NCBI RefSeq assembly: GCF_000015145.1
Contig: NC_008818.1
Span: forward strand, 330,001 to 362,000
Direction: 5' to 3'
Source of the DNA: Hyperthermus butylicus DSM 5456
GTDB taxonomy: Archaea > Thermoproteota > Thermoprotei_A > Sulfolobales > Pyrodictiaceae
DNA: 32,000 nt
Every line of letters begins with the position of its first letter. Position 1 is the stretch's first letter. Below are positions 18,835-27,176 of the stretch, in pieces. The notes below the pieces were generated by a model that saw only the letters and a program-made list of their open reading frames with translations, had not been told where the DNA came from and did not search any database. The position numbers and the translations under genes are program-made.

Positions 18835-21693
18835 TTGTGTCAGTACTCAAGACCCTCTTCATTGCTCTTGTTTGCTCTGAAGGCGCGGGGTCATCATTCT
18901 CCAGCGCTCTATGTGGATGTGTCTGAGGGTTTTTACTTGCTTGCAGCCCGGCTATGTAAGATTACATTTTGGGGTCTATTATTGACTGCTAATGGTCGCT
19001 GTTTTGAGAGTGGATGGTGCGACCTTAGCCCGGAACATGAGAGGATTAGGAGGGAGCTTGAGGGGCTTATCAAGTGCTATGTTGAGGGTTGCGCTGAGGA
19101 GTATTGGATGCCAGTGATTGTTGCACCTTACGGTTCTGGTAAGACTACATTGCTCCGCTATCTTGAAGAGTTTGCTAGGGGACTTGGTGTTGCTGCGCTC
19201 CGTGTAGAGCTTTCGGAGATTGTAGACTTTATCGTGGAGAGGTATGGGACCGTCCATGAGTCTGACCTGCCTCGGGTCATTGAGGAGTTTGCTGCTAGCA
19301 GGCTTGGCGAGTCAAGTGTCTACGTGCTGCTTATTGACGAGGTAGAGGAGAGCTATGACCTGCTACGCGGCGTTGTAACCTATGAGACGTCGCCCTTCCG
19401 CGGCGTGGCAGAGGCTATTAGGACTAGGGCTTCAAGAGCTTATGTTGTCCTTGCTCTCGGTCCATCATCTACACTTAAGGAGGCTGTATTCGGCCCTGTC
19501 GCTTGGCGTAGCCGTATCTACACGTTGCCGTTGCTGCCTAAGAGTGTTATCAAGCGCATGGTTGAGGTTGCTGTCAAGGATGATGCTGACGCCCAGGTTG
19601 TTGAACTGCTAGCTAACATGGTTTGGTGGGCTTCTAAGGGCCGTATAGCATGGGCGAAAATGCTCATAGACAACGTTGTGCCAAGGCTCTACGAGGCTCT
19701 CCTTGCTGGCCCAGAACATGTTGAGGCCCTGCTGCTTGGGGAGGAGGCTCTCGGCAGGGAGATTGTGGAGGGTGTGCCGCTCTTCGACCGCACAGGGTTC
19801 CGTGAGGTTAAGAGGCTGTTTGAGGATAAGGCTCTCACTCCCTTCCTAGCAGTGTTGCCCGGCCCTGTACCAAGCAGCCTACTCTCAAAGCTTACCGGCA
19901 GGGAGGTGCTGCCGGAGCCTAGCCTGGCCGTGGTGTTCTCTAGGACGGTTACGAGTGTTGACGAGCTTGTCGGCGAGGCCCAGGCGTGGATGGAGAGGTT
20001 TGCTAGGGCTCGTGGCTATGGAATGCAGAGTGTGGAGCACGCGTTAACAGCGCTTGAGCACGTCGTAGCCGCCTGGAGCCTTGACGGCTGGGTCGTGTTT
20101 GAGCCCCAGGCCCTAAGGGAGCTCTTCAGCCTAGCCGCTGACGTCGCCCGCGAGGTCTACGCGGATGACCCCCATGCTGCCCAGCTTCTTGAGTCGCTTA
20201 ACCCTGACCTTCTCGCGCCAAGGGTCGAGAGGGGGAACGAGGTATATGTTGCGCTGAGGCCTTCGAGCATTGCGAGGCTCTACCCCTCGGCGGGCAGTAG
20301 CCCCCTAGTGGGCTGCGCACGTAAGGCTGGTGCGCGGCAGGTTGTAGAGGTTGTTGAGAGCCTCTCCCTCGACGAACTCGTAGACTATAGTGGCCGTGTC
20401 GCAACCCTCACCGGCGCCGACCGCGTACTGGAGCGCCGCGAGCTGCAGCTACTACTGCTGCCGGCTAGGCTCGCCCAGGCCTATGCCTCAGAGCTAGCAT
20501 GCAGGATGGCCGGCGGGGAGAGGCTGCTGGTACTCCTACTATCCCCCAACGGGCGCGGCTCCGGCATCCCCGGAGGGCTCGAGGCCGCTGCGAGGCTCAC
20601 CGGTTCAATAGTCGCGGAAGCTGGGCCTAGGCTCAGCATGTTCCTCTACAGCCTCCTCTACGGCTACGCCGTGGGCACCGAGGGCTGCAGCCCCGAGAGT
20701 CTAGCAGGGCCAGACCGCAGGGTGTTGAGGCTCTATGCGGAGCTACTACGCAGCCTCGTGCTCGACTCGCTAGCCGAGCCGACTGGGCCGGCGAGCAGGG
20801 TAGCCGCCTCCGCAAGGCTCCTCGAGGAGAGGTACCCAGCGCTGGCCAGCCCTGCAGCCTACACTGTCGCAGCCGGCGGCGGGGCAGCAGGACATGCCGA
20901 GGAGGTTCTCAAGCAGCTCACACAGCGGGTCTCCAGCATCGAGGCTGGGGCCATAGAACTGCTGGGGAGCAGGAGCTGGGACACGCCCGGACTCGAGGAG
21001 CCTCTGGATGCGCTGAGGGAGGCCCAGAAGCTCTACCAACTAACTGAGGAGGAGGGGCTCCTTGAGGCTCGCAACATAGCAGCAGGCTGCAAGGCCACGG
21101 GTATACCGAGGGTGCTAAGGGTGCTCCTGGGCTTCGAGGAGCCACCACCGCCCCCGAGCCTTGAGAGGGCCGGTGAGGTGATAGCGAGGCTTGCAGCTGC
21201 GGCCCGCGAGCTACCACGTGAGGGGCCGCTTGGGAGGCTGGCCGAGCTAGCCAATGAGGCCGAGGCTATCCTCCAGGCCCTGGAGGACGCCATCCAGAAG
21301 CTCCGTGGGGCTGCTGGGCTCCTGGAACCCCATGTAAGGGTGCTGGAGGCCGCTGTCTCGGCCCTAGCCGAGAAGGCTGCCGCGGTAGCGAGGCTCTACG
21401 CGGCTGTGAGTTCCAGCATCCAGAAGCTCCCAGACACACTGCGGTCCAGAGCTGAGGAGGCAGTGGCCGCAGATCTAAAGCAGCTCAACACGCTGGACGA
21501 TGTCGCAGCATACATGGAGCGGGCTGTCCAGGCACTGGCGGAGCTTGTGGGGCTCGCTGAGAGACACGAGGCGTTGAGGCTTGAGAAGCTGCGTGGAGAT
21601 CTCCTCTCCAGGCTAGACACGATTATTTCTAGCCTTGAGGGCGGCGCGCCTGCCAGACAGGAGAAGGCTGAGGGTGAGGCGCTGGCAGGGTGA
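18835..21693 (+). CDS. Large P-loop NTPase with a helical/coiled-coil C-terminus, 952 aa, family unrecognised
   Basis: Walker A PVIVAPYGSGKTTLLRYLEEFA; Walker B SSVYVLLIDEVEESYDLL; long Ala/Glu/Leu-rich helical C-terminus. The true start may be internal. Confidence 0.8.
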   Translation: MCQYSRPSSLLLFALKARGHHSPALYVDVSEGFYLLAARLCKITFWGLLLTANGRCFESGWCDLSPEHERIRRELEGLIKCYVEGCAEEYWMPVIVAPYGSGKTTLLRYLEEFARGLGVAALRVELSEIVDFIVERYGTVHESDLPRVIEEFAASRLGESSVYVLLIDEVEESYDLLRGVVTYETSPFRGVAEAIRTRASRAYVVLALGPSSTLKEAVFGPVAWRSRIYTLPLLPKSVIKRMVEVAVKDDADAQVVELLANMVWWASKGRIAWAKMLIDNVVPRLYEALLAGPEHVEALLLGEEALGREIVEGVPLFDRTGFREVKRLFEDKALTPFLAVLPGPVPSSLLSKLTGREVLPEPSLAVVFSRTVTSVDELVGEAQAWMERFARARGYGMQSVEHALTALEHVVAAWSLDGWVVFEPQALRELFSLAADVAREVYADDPHAAQLLESLNPDLLAPRVERGNEVYVALRPSSIARLYPSAGSSPLVGCARKAGARQVVEVVESLSLDELVDYSGRVATLTGADRVLERRELQLLLLPARLAQAYASELACRMAGGERLLVLLLSPNGRGSGIPGGLEAAARLTGSIVAEAGPRLSMFLYSLLYGYAVGTEGCSPESLAGPDRRVLRLYAELLRSLVLDSLAEPTGPASRVAASARLLEERYPALASPAAYTVAAGGGAAGHAEEVLKQLTQRVSSIEAGAIELLGSRSWDTPGLEEPLDALREAQKLYQLTEEEGLLEARNIAAGCKATGIPRVLRVLLGFEEPPPPPSLERAGEVIARLAAAARELPREGPLGRLAELANEAEAILQALEDAIQKLRGAAGLLEPHVRVLEAAVSALAEKAAAVARLYAAVSSSIQKLPDTLRSRAEEAVAADLKQLNTLDDVAAYMERAVQALAELVGLAERHEALRLEKLRGDLLSRLDTIISSLEGGAPARQEKAEGEALAG

Positions 21694-21698
21694 TAACC

Positions 21699-21830
21699 AT
21701 GTACGCGGTTGAGCACCTGGTTGAGGAGTACCGTGTGAGCCTCGCAGACGCCGAGGCTAGGGCCGAGAAGCTAGCCTCAATGGGGAGGCTGCTGGACGCC
21801 ATAGAGGGGCTCGCAGCCCCTGCTCCCTGA
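21699..21830 (+). CDS. 43-aa helical ORF, possible N-terminus of the downstream 318-aa protein
   Basis: ATG 5 nt after the upstream stop: MYAVEHLVEEYRVSLADAEARAEKLASMGRLLDAIEGLAAPAP, stop TGA 21828-21830. Confidence 0.45.
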   Translation: MYAVEHLVEEYRVSLADAEARAEKLASMGRLLDAIEGLAAPAP

Positions 21831-21865
21831 GGGCCAGCCGCAGCGACATAGTCTACGAACTCCGT

Positions 21866-22822
21866 ATGGCCCGTGACTACCTCGCCGCGGGCAGCTACGA
21901 GGAGGCCGGGGCGAGGCTAGAAGCAGCTTGTAGGAGGGCTGTCGAGCAGCTAGCCGCGACGATAGCCTGGAACGGCCTCACCGCCGAAACCTGCCCGGCG
22001 CCACGGGCGGTGCAGCTGCTAAAGGCTATCCTGGAGGCTAGTGGGCCGCTGGCAATGATTATACACTCGATACTAGCAGCCGGCGTGGAGAAGGCAGACG
22101 ATGTAGTACACAATGCTGAGAAGCTTGCTCCCCACTGGGGCTCAGTTGCTGAGAGGCTGGTAGACGTCTATCGGGCGGCGAAGCTGCTGGAGAAACGGGG
22201 GCTGATAAAGTGGCCTGATACGGTCGTGCTGGTCTCAAGGCTTGTCCGAAGCGAGAGCGTTGAGGAGGCCATTGCGAGGCTCGAGAGGGTCTCTAGGCGC
22301 GTATCAGAGATAGCTGGGCTCATGGACTCGATAGCCTCTAGCATGAGCGAGGTAACAGAGGCGACGCTAGCTTGTAAAGAGTACAGCGCGACGCTAGGCG
22401 AGCTACCCTACTGCAACTGGTTATCCACACTACTATCCGAGATAGTAGCAGCGCAGGATGCTGTAAAGGAGCTACCACAAATAGCTAGCGTGGAGAAGCT
22501 AGATGCGACAGCCGAGACGGTTAGGAAGGCATACGAGAGGCTCAACAACTCCCGGAGGATCGTAGAAAAGCTCCTAACAAGGCTCTCCCAGAGCCTAGAC
22601 ATGAAATTTGAGGGTGAAAGCCTGGTAGCAGCAGTAGAGGCGCTATTCCAGGCGCGAGCCAGGCTGGGCTTCACGGAGCTAGAGGAGGAGCTGATGATAA
22701 AGCTCGGCGAGGCTGATAGGCTGGACCTTGCCGAGCTAGCTAGCAGCAATCCAGCATACATCGACGCAGCACTGAACCTCTGCAAGCACGGAATAGCCTT
22801 CTGCGAGGTAAGACTGTACTAG
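21866..22822 (+). CDS. Helical/coiled-coil hypothetical protein, 318 aa
   Basis: ARDYLAAGSYEEAGARLEAACRRAVEQL...; amphipathic helices throughout; same direction as the ATPase. Confidence 0.75.
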   Translation: MARDYLAAGSYEEAGARLEAACRRAVEQLAATIAWNGLTAETCPAPRAVQLLKAILEASGPLAMIIHSILAAGVEKADDVVHNAEKLAPHWGSVAERLVDVYRAAKLLEKRGLIKWPDTVVLVSRLVRSESVEEAIARLERVSRRVSEIAGLMDSIASSMSEVTEATLACKEYSATLGELPYCNWLSTLLSEIVAAQDAVKELPQIASVEKLDATAETVRKAYERLNNSRRIVEKLLTRLSQSLDMKFEGESLVAAVEALFQARARLGFTELEEELMIKLGEADRLDLAELASSNPAYIDAALNLCKHGIAFCEVRLY

Positions 22823-22885
22823 CACACAGCAGCTGCCAGATAAATAACACACATTCCTAATCCCCCTACTAGTTTTGGGGATCAC

Positions 22886-23242
22886 GTGTTGGCGGCTAGT
22901 GGGCTGAGACAACTACTCATATCCAGCGGACTCTGCAGCAAGGCCGTAGCTGTAGAGGAGACAAGTTCGTGCACCCTGCTCTTCTGCGAGTCCCGGGTAA
23001 ACATGCTCATAGCCTTCTCGACCTATGATGACTGGGTCTACATTAAGGCTGTCCCAGAGCTTGCTGTGCAACCCCACATGTGGCATTGCAATGAGGTCTA
23101 CTACACACCATACGGCCTCTACGCCTTTGCGAAAAGCCACAGGGAGCTTATAGAGAAGCTGAAGGCGAAGCAACACCTACTAGCTGCACAGCACAAGCTT
23201 GCAATCGAGAGGCTTAGCGCTATAGAGGAGGCAGGGTTCTGA
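22886..23242 (+). CDS. Hypothetical protein, 118 aa
   Basis: GTG start; C-terminal amphipathic helix RELIEKLKAKQHLLAAQHKLAIERL. Confidence 0.55.
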   Translation: MLAASGLRQLLISSGLCSKAVAVEETSSCTLLFCESRVNMLIAFSTYDDWVYIKAVPELAVQPHMWHCNEVYYTPYGLYAFAKSHRELIEKLKAKQHLLAAQHKLAIERLSAIEEAGF

Positions 23243-23263
23243 GAGGAGGGAGGCGGGGTAGGC

Positions 23264-23965
23264 TTGTCTGATACACGTAACGATTACCGGATACTGGTAG
23301 CCGAGCATGCAGTTTCGCTTCTAGAGAATATTGTTCGTGCCCGCCGTATACCCATACCGGTTAATTGGCATGAAGTCGAAGCCCTTGTCTCCGAGCTACG
23401 CTCGCTGATTGTAAGGATAAAGTACAGCTTCATACCGCCAACAATGCTCGCGGGATCCGAGGAGGTTGAAAGGGTTAGGGAATACGCTGGAAAGCTGGCA
23501 AAAACGCTGCTCTCAAAGGAGCGCCTCGCTGGAGCAAAGCTAGACTCGAAGACAAGAATGGCTATTGCTGAAGCTCGCTACGCGCTACGCACCCTCTATG
23601 GTCTGGGGTATAGGCTCTCACTGGGCGATGAGAATGACGCGCTACACGCTGTTGATATTGAGTGTGTTGAGGTGCTTACTATAACAAAGCATCCAAGCGC
23701 AGAGAAGCTCTTCGTTACAAGGGCTCGCGGGGTACTAGGCTACACCATTGTAACCAACCTACCCGACGTGAGGAAGGGCGAACTGCGAGCCGCAGCAATA
23801 CTACCCCCACGGGAGTTCTACGGCGAAATAAGCGAAGCCATGTATTGTAGCGGGCCACTAAACACCGATGTCTGCAAGCCTGGCCGAAGGCCCCCTGCAA
23901 ACCTTATCGATAGGGGTAGTGTGGAGGCTGTAATCTACAACATAGTTGGGAGAAAGGCTAGGTAG
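23264..23965 (+). CDS. Protein with C-terminal Trbp111/EMAPII-like tRNA-binding (OB-fold) domain
   Basis: VDIECVEVLTITKHPSAEKLFVTRARGVLGYTIVTNLPDVRKGELRAAAILPPREFYGEISEAMYCSG follows the tRNA_bind pattern (V..V..HP.A.KL.V......TIV......G....A.L.P....G..S..M.C). TTG start behind ggagggaggcggg. Confidence 0.65.
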   Translation: MSDTRNDYRILVAEHAVSLLENIVRARRIPIPVNWHEVEALVSELRSLIVRIKYSFIPPTMLAGSEEVERVREYAGKLAKTLLSKERLAGAKLDSKTRMAIAEARYALRTLYGLGYRLSLGDENDALHAVDIECVEVLTITKHPSAEKLFVTRARGVLGYTIVTNLPDVRKGELRAAAILPPREFYGEISEAMYCSGPLNTDVCKPGRRPPANLIDRGSVEAVIYNIVGRKAR

Positions 23966-23969
23966 GGCT

Positions 23970-24066
23970 TCGTGGAGAGGGCTTCGGCCAAGGATGCGGT
24001 CCTCACTCCACCCCGCCGCGTGGTCAGTGGGCGGTCCGGCCCGTGTCCGCTCCACATAGCCCTCTT
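23970..24066. ncRNA. Candidate GC-rich structured element between convergent genes
   Basis: gagagggct near 23974 pairs with agccctctt near 24056; GC-rich interior, flanked by an atattaatat palindrome that could be a TATA element for the minus strand. Confidence 0.25.
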
Positions 24067-24082
24067 CGGATAGCCCCATGGA

Positions 24083-24871
24083 TTATATTAATATATGACT
24101 ATCACTTATATGTATGTGGCGTGCGACTGGTATTGCCGCTTCACCATAGACCTTGCGGAGGATTTCTACGCGGAGCACTTCCGACGGCTTACCGTGGGCT
24201 ACTATCCTCTTGTTGACCAGTACAATGTAGTCCGTGTAGTCTATTAGCAACATCGGGTCATGACTCGTGACCACTATGAGCTTGTCCTTGGCAAGTTTTG
24301 CTATGAGGCGGGCTAGCTCACACCTCCCCTGGGGGTCTACGGCGGAGAAGGGCTCATCCATAAGCAATATCGGTGGGTCGTGCACCAGTGCGCGTGCTAT
24401 GAGTGTCCGCTGTCTCTGCCCGCCACTCATCTTGGATATCGGCTTCGACCAGGTCTCGCGTCCTAGCCCGACTTGTCTCAGCACAGCCTCTACCATAGTC
24501 TTGTCCTCTGCACTGGCTAGCAGGCGTGGCTTCTTACCGATTCTGAGGAGGTATTCGAACTCGATGAGCTCCCAGCTGGTTACCGGGAAGTGGGTAAGCG
24601 TGCGTGCCAGCTGGGGCACGTAGCCTGTAAGCCTACCTGCCGCTGCAGGGTTGCCCGTAACGTCCCTACCGCAGACGGTGACCCTACCTCGTAGCGGTTT
24701 TATGAGACCAAGTATCGTCCGGATTAGCGTGGTCTTCCCGGCACCGTTGGGGCCTAGCACCTGGACTAGTGCTGGACCCCGCAGCTCTAGATGGTCTACA
24801 ACTAGCACCGGATCGCCGCCATAGCTTACGGCTACGTTGTCGAGTACTATGCTTGGCTCTCTACACTCCAT
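24083..24871 (-). CDS. Metal (Zn/Mn-type) ABC transporter ATP-binding protein
   Basis: VQVLGPNGAGKTTLIRTILG, SKMSGGQRQRTLIARALVHDPPILLMDEPFSAVDP, IVVTSHDPMLLIDYTD. ATG 24871 preferred; the tracked start at 24895 lies inside a putative operator. Confidence 0.92.
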   Translation of the reverse strand: MECREPSIVLDNVAVSYGGDPVLVVDHLELRGPALVQVLGPNGAGKTTLIRTILGLIKPLRGRVTVCGRDVTGNPAAAGRLTGYVPQLARTLTHFPVTSWELIEFEYLLRIGKKPRLLASAEDKTMVEAVLRQVGLGRETWSKPISKMSGGQRQRTLIARALVHDPPILLMDEPFSAVDPQGRCELARLIAKLAKDKLIVVTSHDPMLLIDYTDYIVLVNKRIVAHGKPSEVLRVEILRKVYGEAAIPVARHIHISDSHILI

Positions 24872-24887
24872 CCTAGGGCTACCCCAG

Positions 24888-24932
24888 CTGTGCACAGTTA
24901 ACTAGAAACCCTTATATAAGGTGTGCACAGTT
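24888..24932. promoter_or_regulatory. Divergent promoter/operator of the metal ABC transporter genes
   Basis: Two identical TGTGCACAGTT sites at 24889-24899 and 24922-24932, separated by 33 bp start to start, with a perfect palindromic TATA element ccttatataagg at 24910-24921. Confidence 0.75.
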
Positions 24933-24961
24933 GCGGATAGCCTCCGGGGCAGGTAGATGCC

Positions 24962-25867
24962 ATGTCTAGACTTGTAGCCGCTATAGCGGCCACACTGGTA
25001 CTCGTAGCTGCAAGCTTTACAGCATACACGATACTCAGCCGTGGCGGTAATTGGACTAGCAGTAAGAACCAGGGACTCATAGTTGTCGTGTCTTTTCCAA
25101 ATCTCATAGACGATATTCGCCAGATAGTCTGTAGCGACGATACAGTCTATAGCCTGGCACCGCCGGGCGTGGATCCCCACAGTTACCAGCTAACACTGCG
25201 CGACTACGAGCTGCTCCGTAGGGCAAGCATAGTAGTCTCTACGGGGCATGCACCCTTCGAGACTGCACTAGCCGAGAAGGCATCTTCCGACAAGCTGATA
25301 GTTATACCGGACATTCTTCGCGAGCATGGGGGCCGTATACTAGTCAATCCTGATACTGGAAAGCTAAACCTCCACATACCAATATACAATCCGTACAACT
25401 ACAGAATATTCATAGGGTACCTTGGTGAGAGGCTTGCAGAGCTTAGGCCTAGCTGCGCAGAAGTTTACCGGTCCAATGTGGCCAAGGTGTTGGAGAGGCT
25501 TAACAATATTACCACTGTAGCCCCACAGCTTAACGTTACCGCTGTGGGCTCTACGCCTTCCATCCAGTACGCCGTAGAGTGGCTTGGCATCCACGTGGTG
25601 AAACTACTAGTGAGGGAGCACGGTGTGGGCACGTCAACTGAAGACCTGGCCGAGGTTAAGAGGCTATTTGAGGCTGGTAAGGCTAAGCTGGCAGTGGTAA
25701 TGGTTCTAGAGAACGGTAAGCCTGCAACCCCCGCCGATGAGAAGCTAGCCGAGCTTGCAGAAGAGTATGGCATACCTATCCTGCGTGTCCCCGCCCCCTA
25801 CATGGCTGGTAGCGTGCTTGACAAGCTCGAGGCAGTCGTGGCTGAGGCTCGCAACCTAAAGGGCTAA
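24962..25867 (+). CDS. Metal ABC transporter substrate-binding protein (ZnuA/TroA cluster 9 type)
   Basis: Signal peptide MSRLVAAIAATLVLVAASFTAYTIL; DDIRQIVCSDDTVYSLAPPGVDPHSYQLTLRDYELLRRASIVVSTG; YAVEWLGIHVVKLL. Confidence 0.88.
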   Translation: MSRLVAAIAATLVLVAASFTAYTILSRGGNWTSSKNQGLIVVVSFPNLIDDIRQIVCSDDTVYSLAPPGVDPHSYQLTLRDYELLRRASIVVSTGHAPFETALAEKASSDKLIVIPDILREHGGRILVNPDTGKLNLHIPIYNPYNYRIFIGYLGERLAELRPSCAEVYRSNVAKVLERLNNITTVAPQLNVTAVGSTPSIQYAVEWLGIHVVKLLVREHGVGTSTEDLAEVKRLFEAGKAKLAVVMVLENGKPATPADEKLAELAEEYGIPILRVPAPYMAGSVLDKLEAVVAEARNLKG

Positions 25868-25881
25868 GGAGGAGTGGAGGC

Positions 25882-26763
25882 GTGGCTGCAATGAACATCC
25901 CTGTTGTGTCTCAAGTTTTGGCTGTGCTTGCTGCCGCGGGGATGCTATGGCTCTTCGCATTGAGCGTTGGTTACACTGCTGCGCTCAGCATGGCTGCTGC
26001 TAGCCTAGCTTTCAGCGCTATGAGTGTTATTGTGGCTGCACGCCGCCTCTACTTCCTCGCTGGCGCCTCGCCGCACTCTGCACTACTAGCAGCAACTATC
26101 GCCATACCACTCGCCTACAGTGTTGGAGGAGACCCCTACCTCTATGCTGTCCCCCTCAGCGTACTGCTGGTTTACATCGCTGGCTACATTATATACCGTG
26201 GCGTGGACCCCGATATAGCAACGTCGATACTCGTAGCCCTCTCAGCTTCTGGTTCCGTCACCGCCGTCTACTATGTTAAGACAGCGTTCCCGGTTAGCTA
26301 CGATGTCTCAGCCATAGTGTTTGGCGACCCGTTGCTAGTTACGAAACGCGAAACGTACATGGCTGTAGCAACTGCTGTCCTAGCTCTCGCACTGACTCTA
26401 CTAACCTACGTCGAGAACGTCTACCTTGGCGTCGACCGGGATTCCGCAAGGATTACAGGGCTGAGGGTGTGGCTCTACGACCTCCTGTTCTTCACTCTTC
26501 TAGGCGTGGTTGTGGCGGTTATGGTTAAGGTTGTAGGCTTTATCCTCGAGCACGTATTCATGCTTCTGCCTGGCGCTGCTGCCTCAGTGTCGGCTGGTAG
26601 TGCCCGGAGAGCGCTACTACTATCACTAGTACTCTCCTTCACAGCTATGGGACTGGGTGCTGGGTTGAGCCTGGCAACTGGTTTATCCCCATCGGGTGCT
26701 TCGGGCTTTGCAATGCTCGGCCTCTATGTTGTAGCCGTACTGGCAGGCAGGGGTCGCCAATAA
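25882..26763 (+). CDS. Metal ABC transporter permease (ZnuB/TroC family)
   Basis: Multi-TM protein following the binding protein; LVTKRETYMAVATAVLALALTLLTYVENVYLGVDRDSARITG; VVAVMVKVVGFILEHVFMLLPGAAA. Confidence 0.82.
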   Translation: MAAMNIPVVSQVLAVLAAAGMLWLFALSVGYTAALSMAAASLAFSAMSVIVAARRLYFLAGASPHSALLAATIAIPLAYSVGGDPYLYAVPLSVLLVYIAGYIIYRGVDPDIATSILVALSASGSVTAVYYVKTAFPVSYDVSAIVFGDPLLVTKRETYMAVATAVLALALTLLTYVENVYLGVDRDSARITGLRVWLYDLLFFTLLGVVVAVMVKVVGFILEHVFMLLPGAAASVSAGSARRALLLSLVLSFTAMGLGAGLSLATGLSPSGASGFAMLGLYVVAVLAGRGRQ

Positions 26764-27176
26764 TGCCTAGAAGGCGTAGGTTTGGGGTTTCGCTGCCGGA
26801 GAGGCTAGCAGAGAAGCTTGACGCGTTAACGAGGATAATGGGTGTTGACCGGTCTAAGCTTGTTGAGAGGGCTGTACAAATCCTCATAGAGGACTACGAG
26901 CACTATATCAGAGAGCATACCTGCTATGGCGTCATGATAGTCGTGCCCGGGGTTGATAACCAACACATCAGCGTCGGCAGGGTGTTCGAGAGCTTTAGGG
27001 ACATAGTGTTAGCATCATCCCATTACCACGTAGACGGGAGGTGTGTTGAAGTCGCCGTTGTCCGGGGCCCCTCGAAGAAGATTGCTGAGCTACACACCGA
27101 GCTTGAAAGGCTTGGGTGTAGGGTTAGATACGTACCCCTAGCCGGGCTCCCCGAGGATGGTGTAAACAATGGCTAG
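26763..27176 (+). CDS. NikR-like ribbon-helix-helix metalloregulator
   Basis: RRFGVSLPERLAEKLDALTRIMGVDRSKLVERAVQILI (RHH domain) plus ACT-like SSHYHVDGRCVEVAVVRGPSKKIAELHTELERLGCRVRYVPL. Start overlaps the permease stop. Confidence 0.75.
   Translation: MPRRRRFGVSLPERLAEKLDALTRIMGVDRSKLVERAVQILIEDYEHYIREHTCYGVMIVVPGVDNQHISVGRVFESFRDIVLASSHYHVDGRCVEVAVVRGPSKKIAELHTELERLGCRVRYVPLAGLPEDGVNNG

Noticed and set aside
18835-21693. Assignment of the large ATPase to a BREX (BrxC/PglY), DUF499 or other known defence system
   Set aside because: The P-loop and size are reminiscent, but no PglX-type methylase, PglZ, nuclease or helicase is encoded nearby and no diagnostic motif was found. Naming such a system would be unsupported.
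20198-22113. Minus-strand and overlapping ORFs inside the ATPase gene and its neighbour (20198-20404, 20633-20815, 20918-21217, 21396-21716, 21895-22113)
   Set aside because: Same artefact: GC-rich sense gene creates open antisense frames with no recognisable domain.
24893-24895. GTG at 24895 as the start of the ABC ATP-binding protein
   Set aside because: It lies inside the putative TGTGCACAGTT operator and too close to the TATA element; ATG 24871 gives a normal short leader and a family-like N-terminus.
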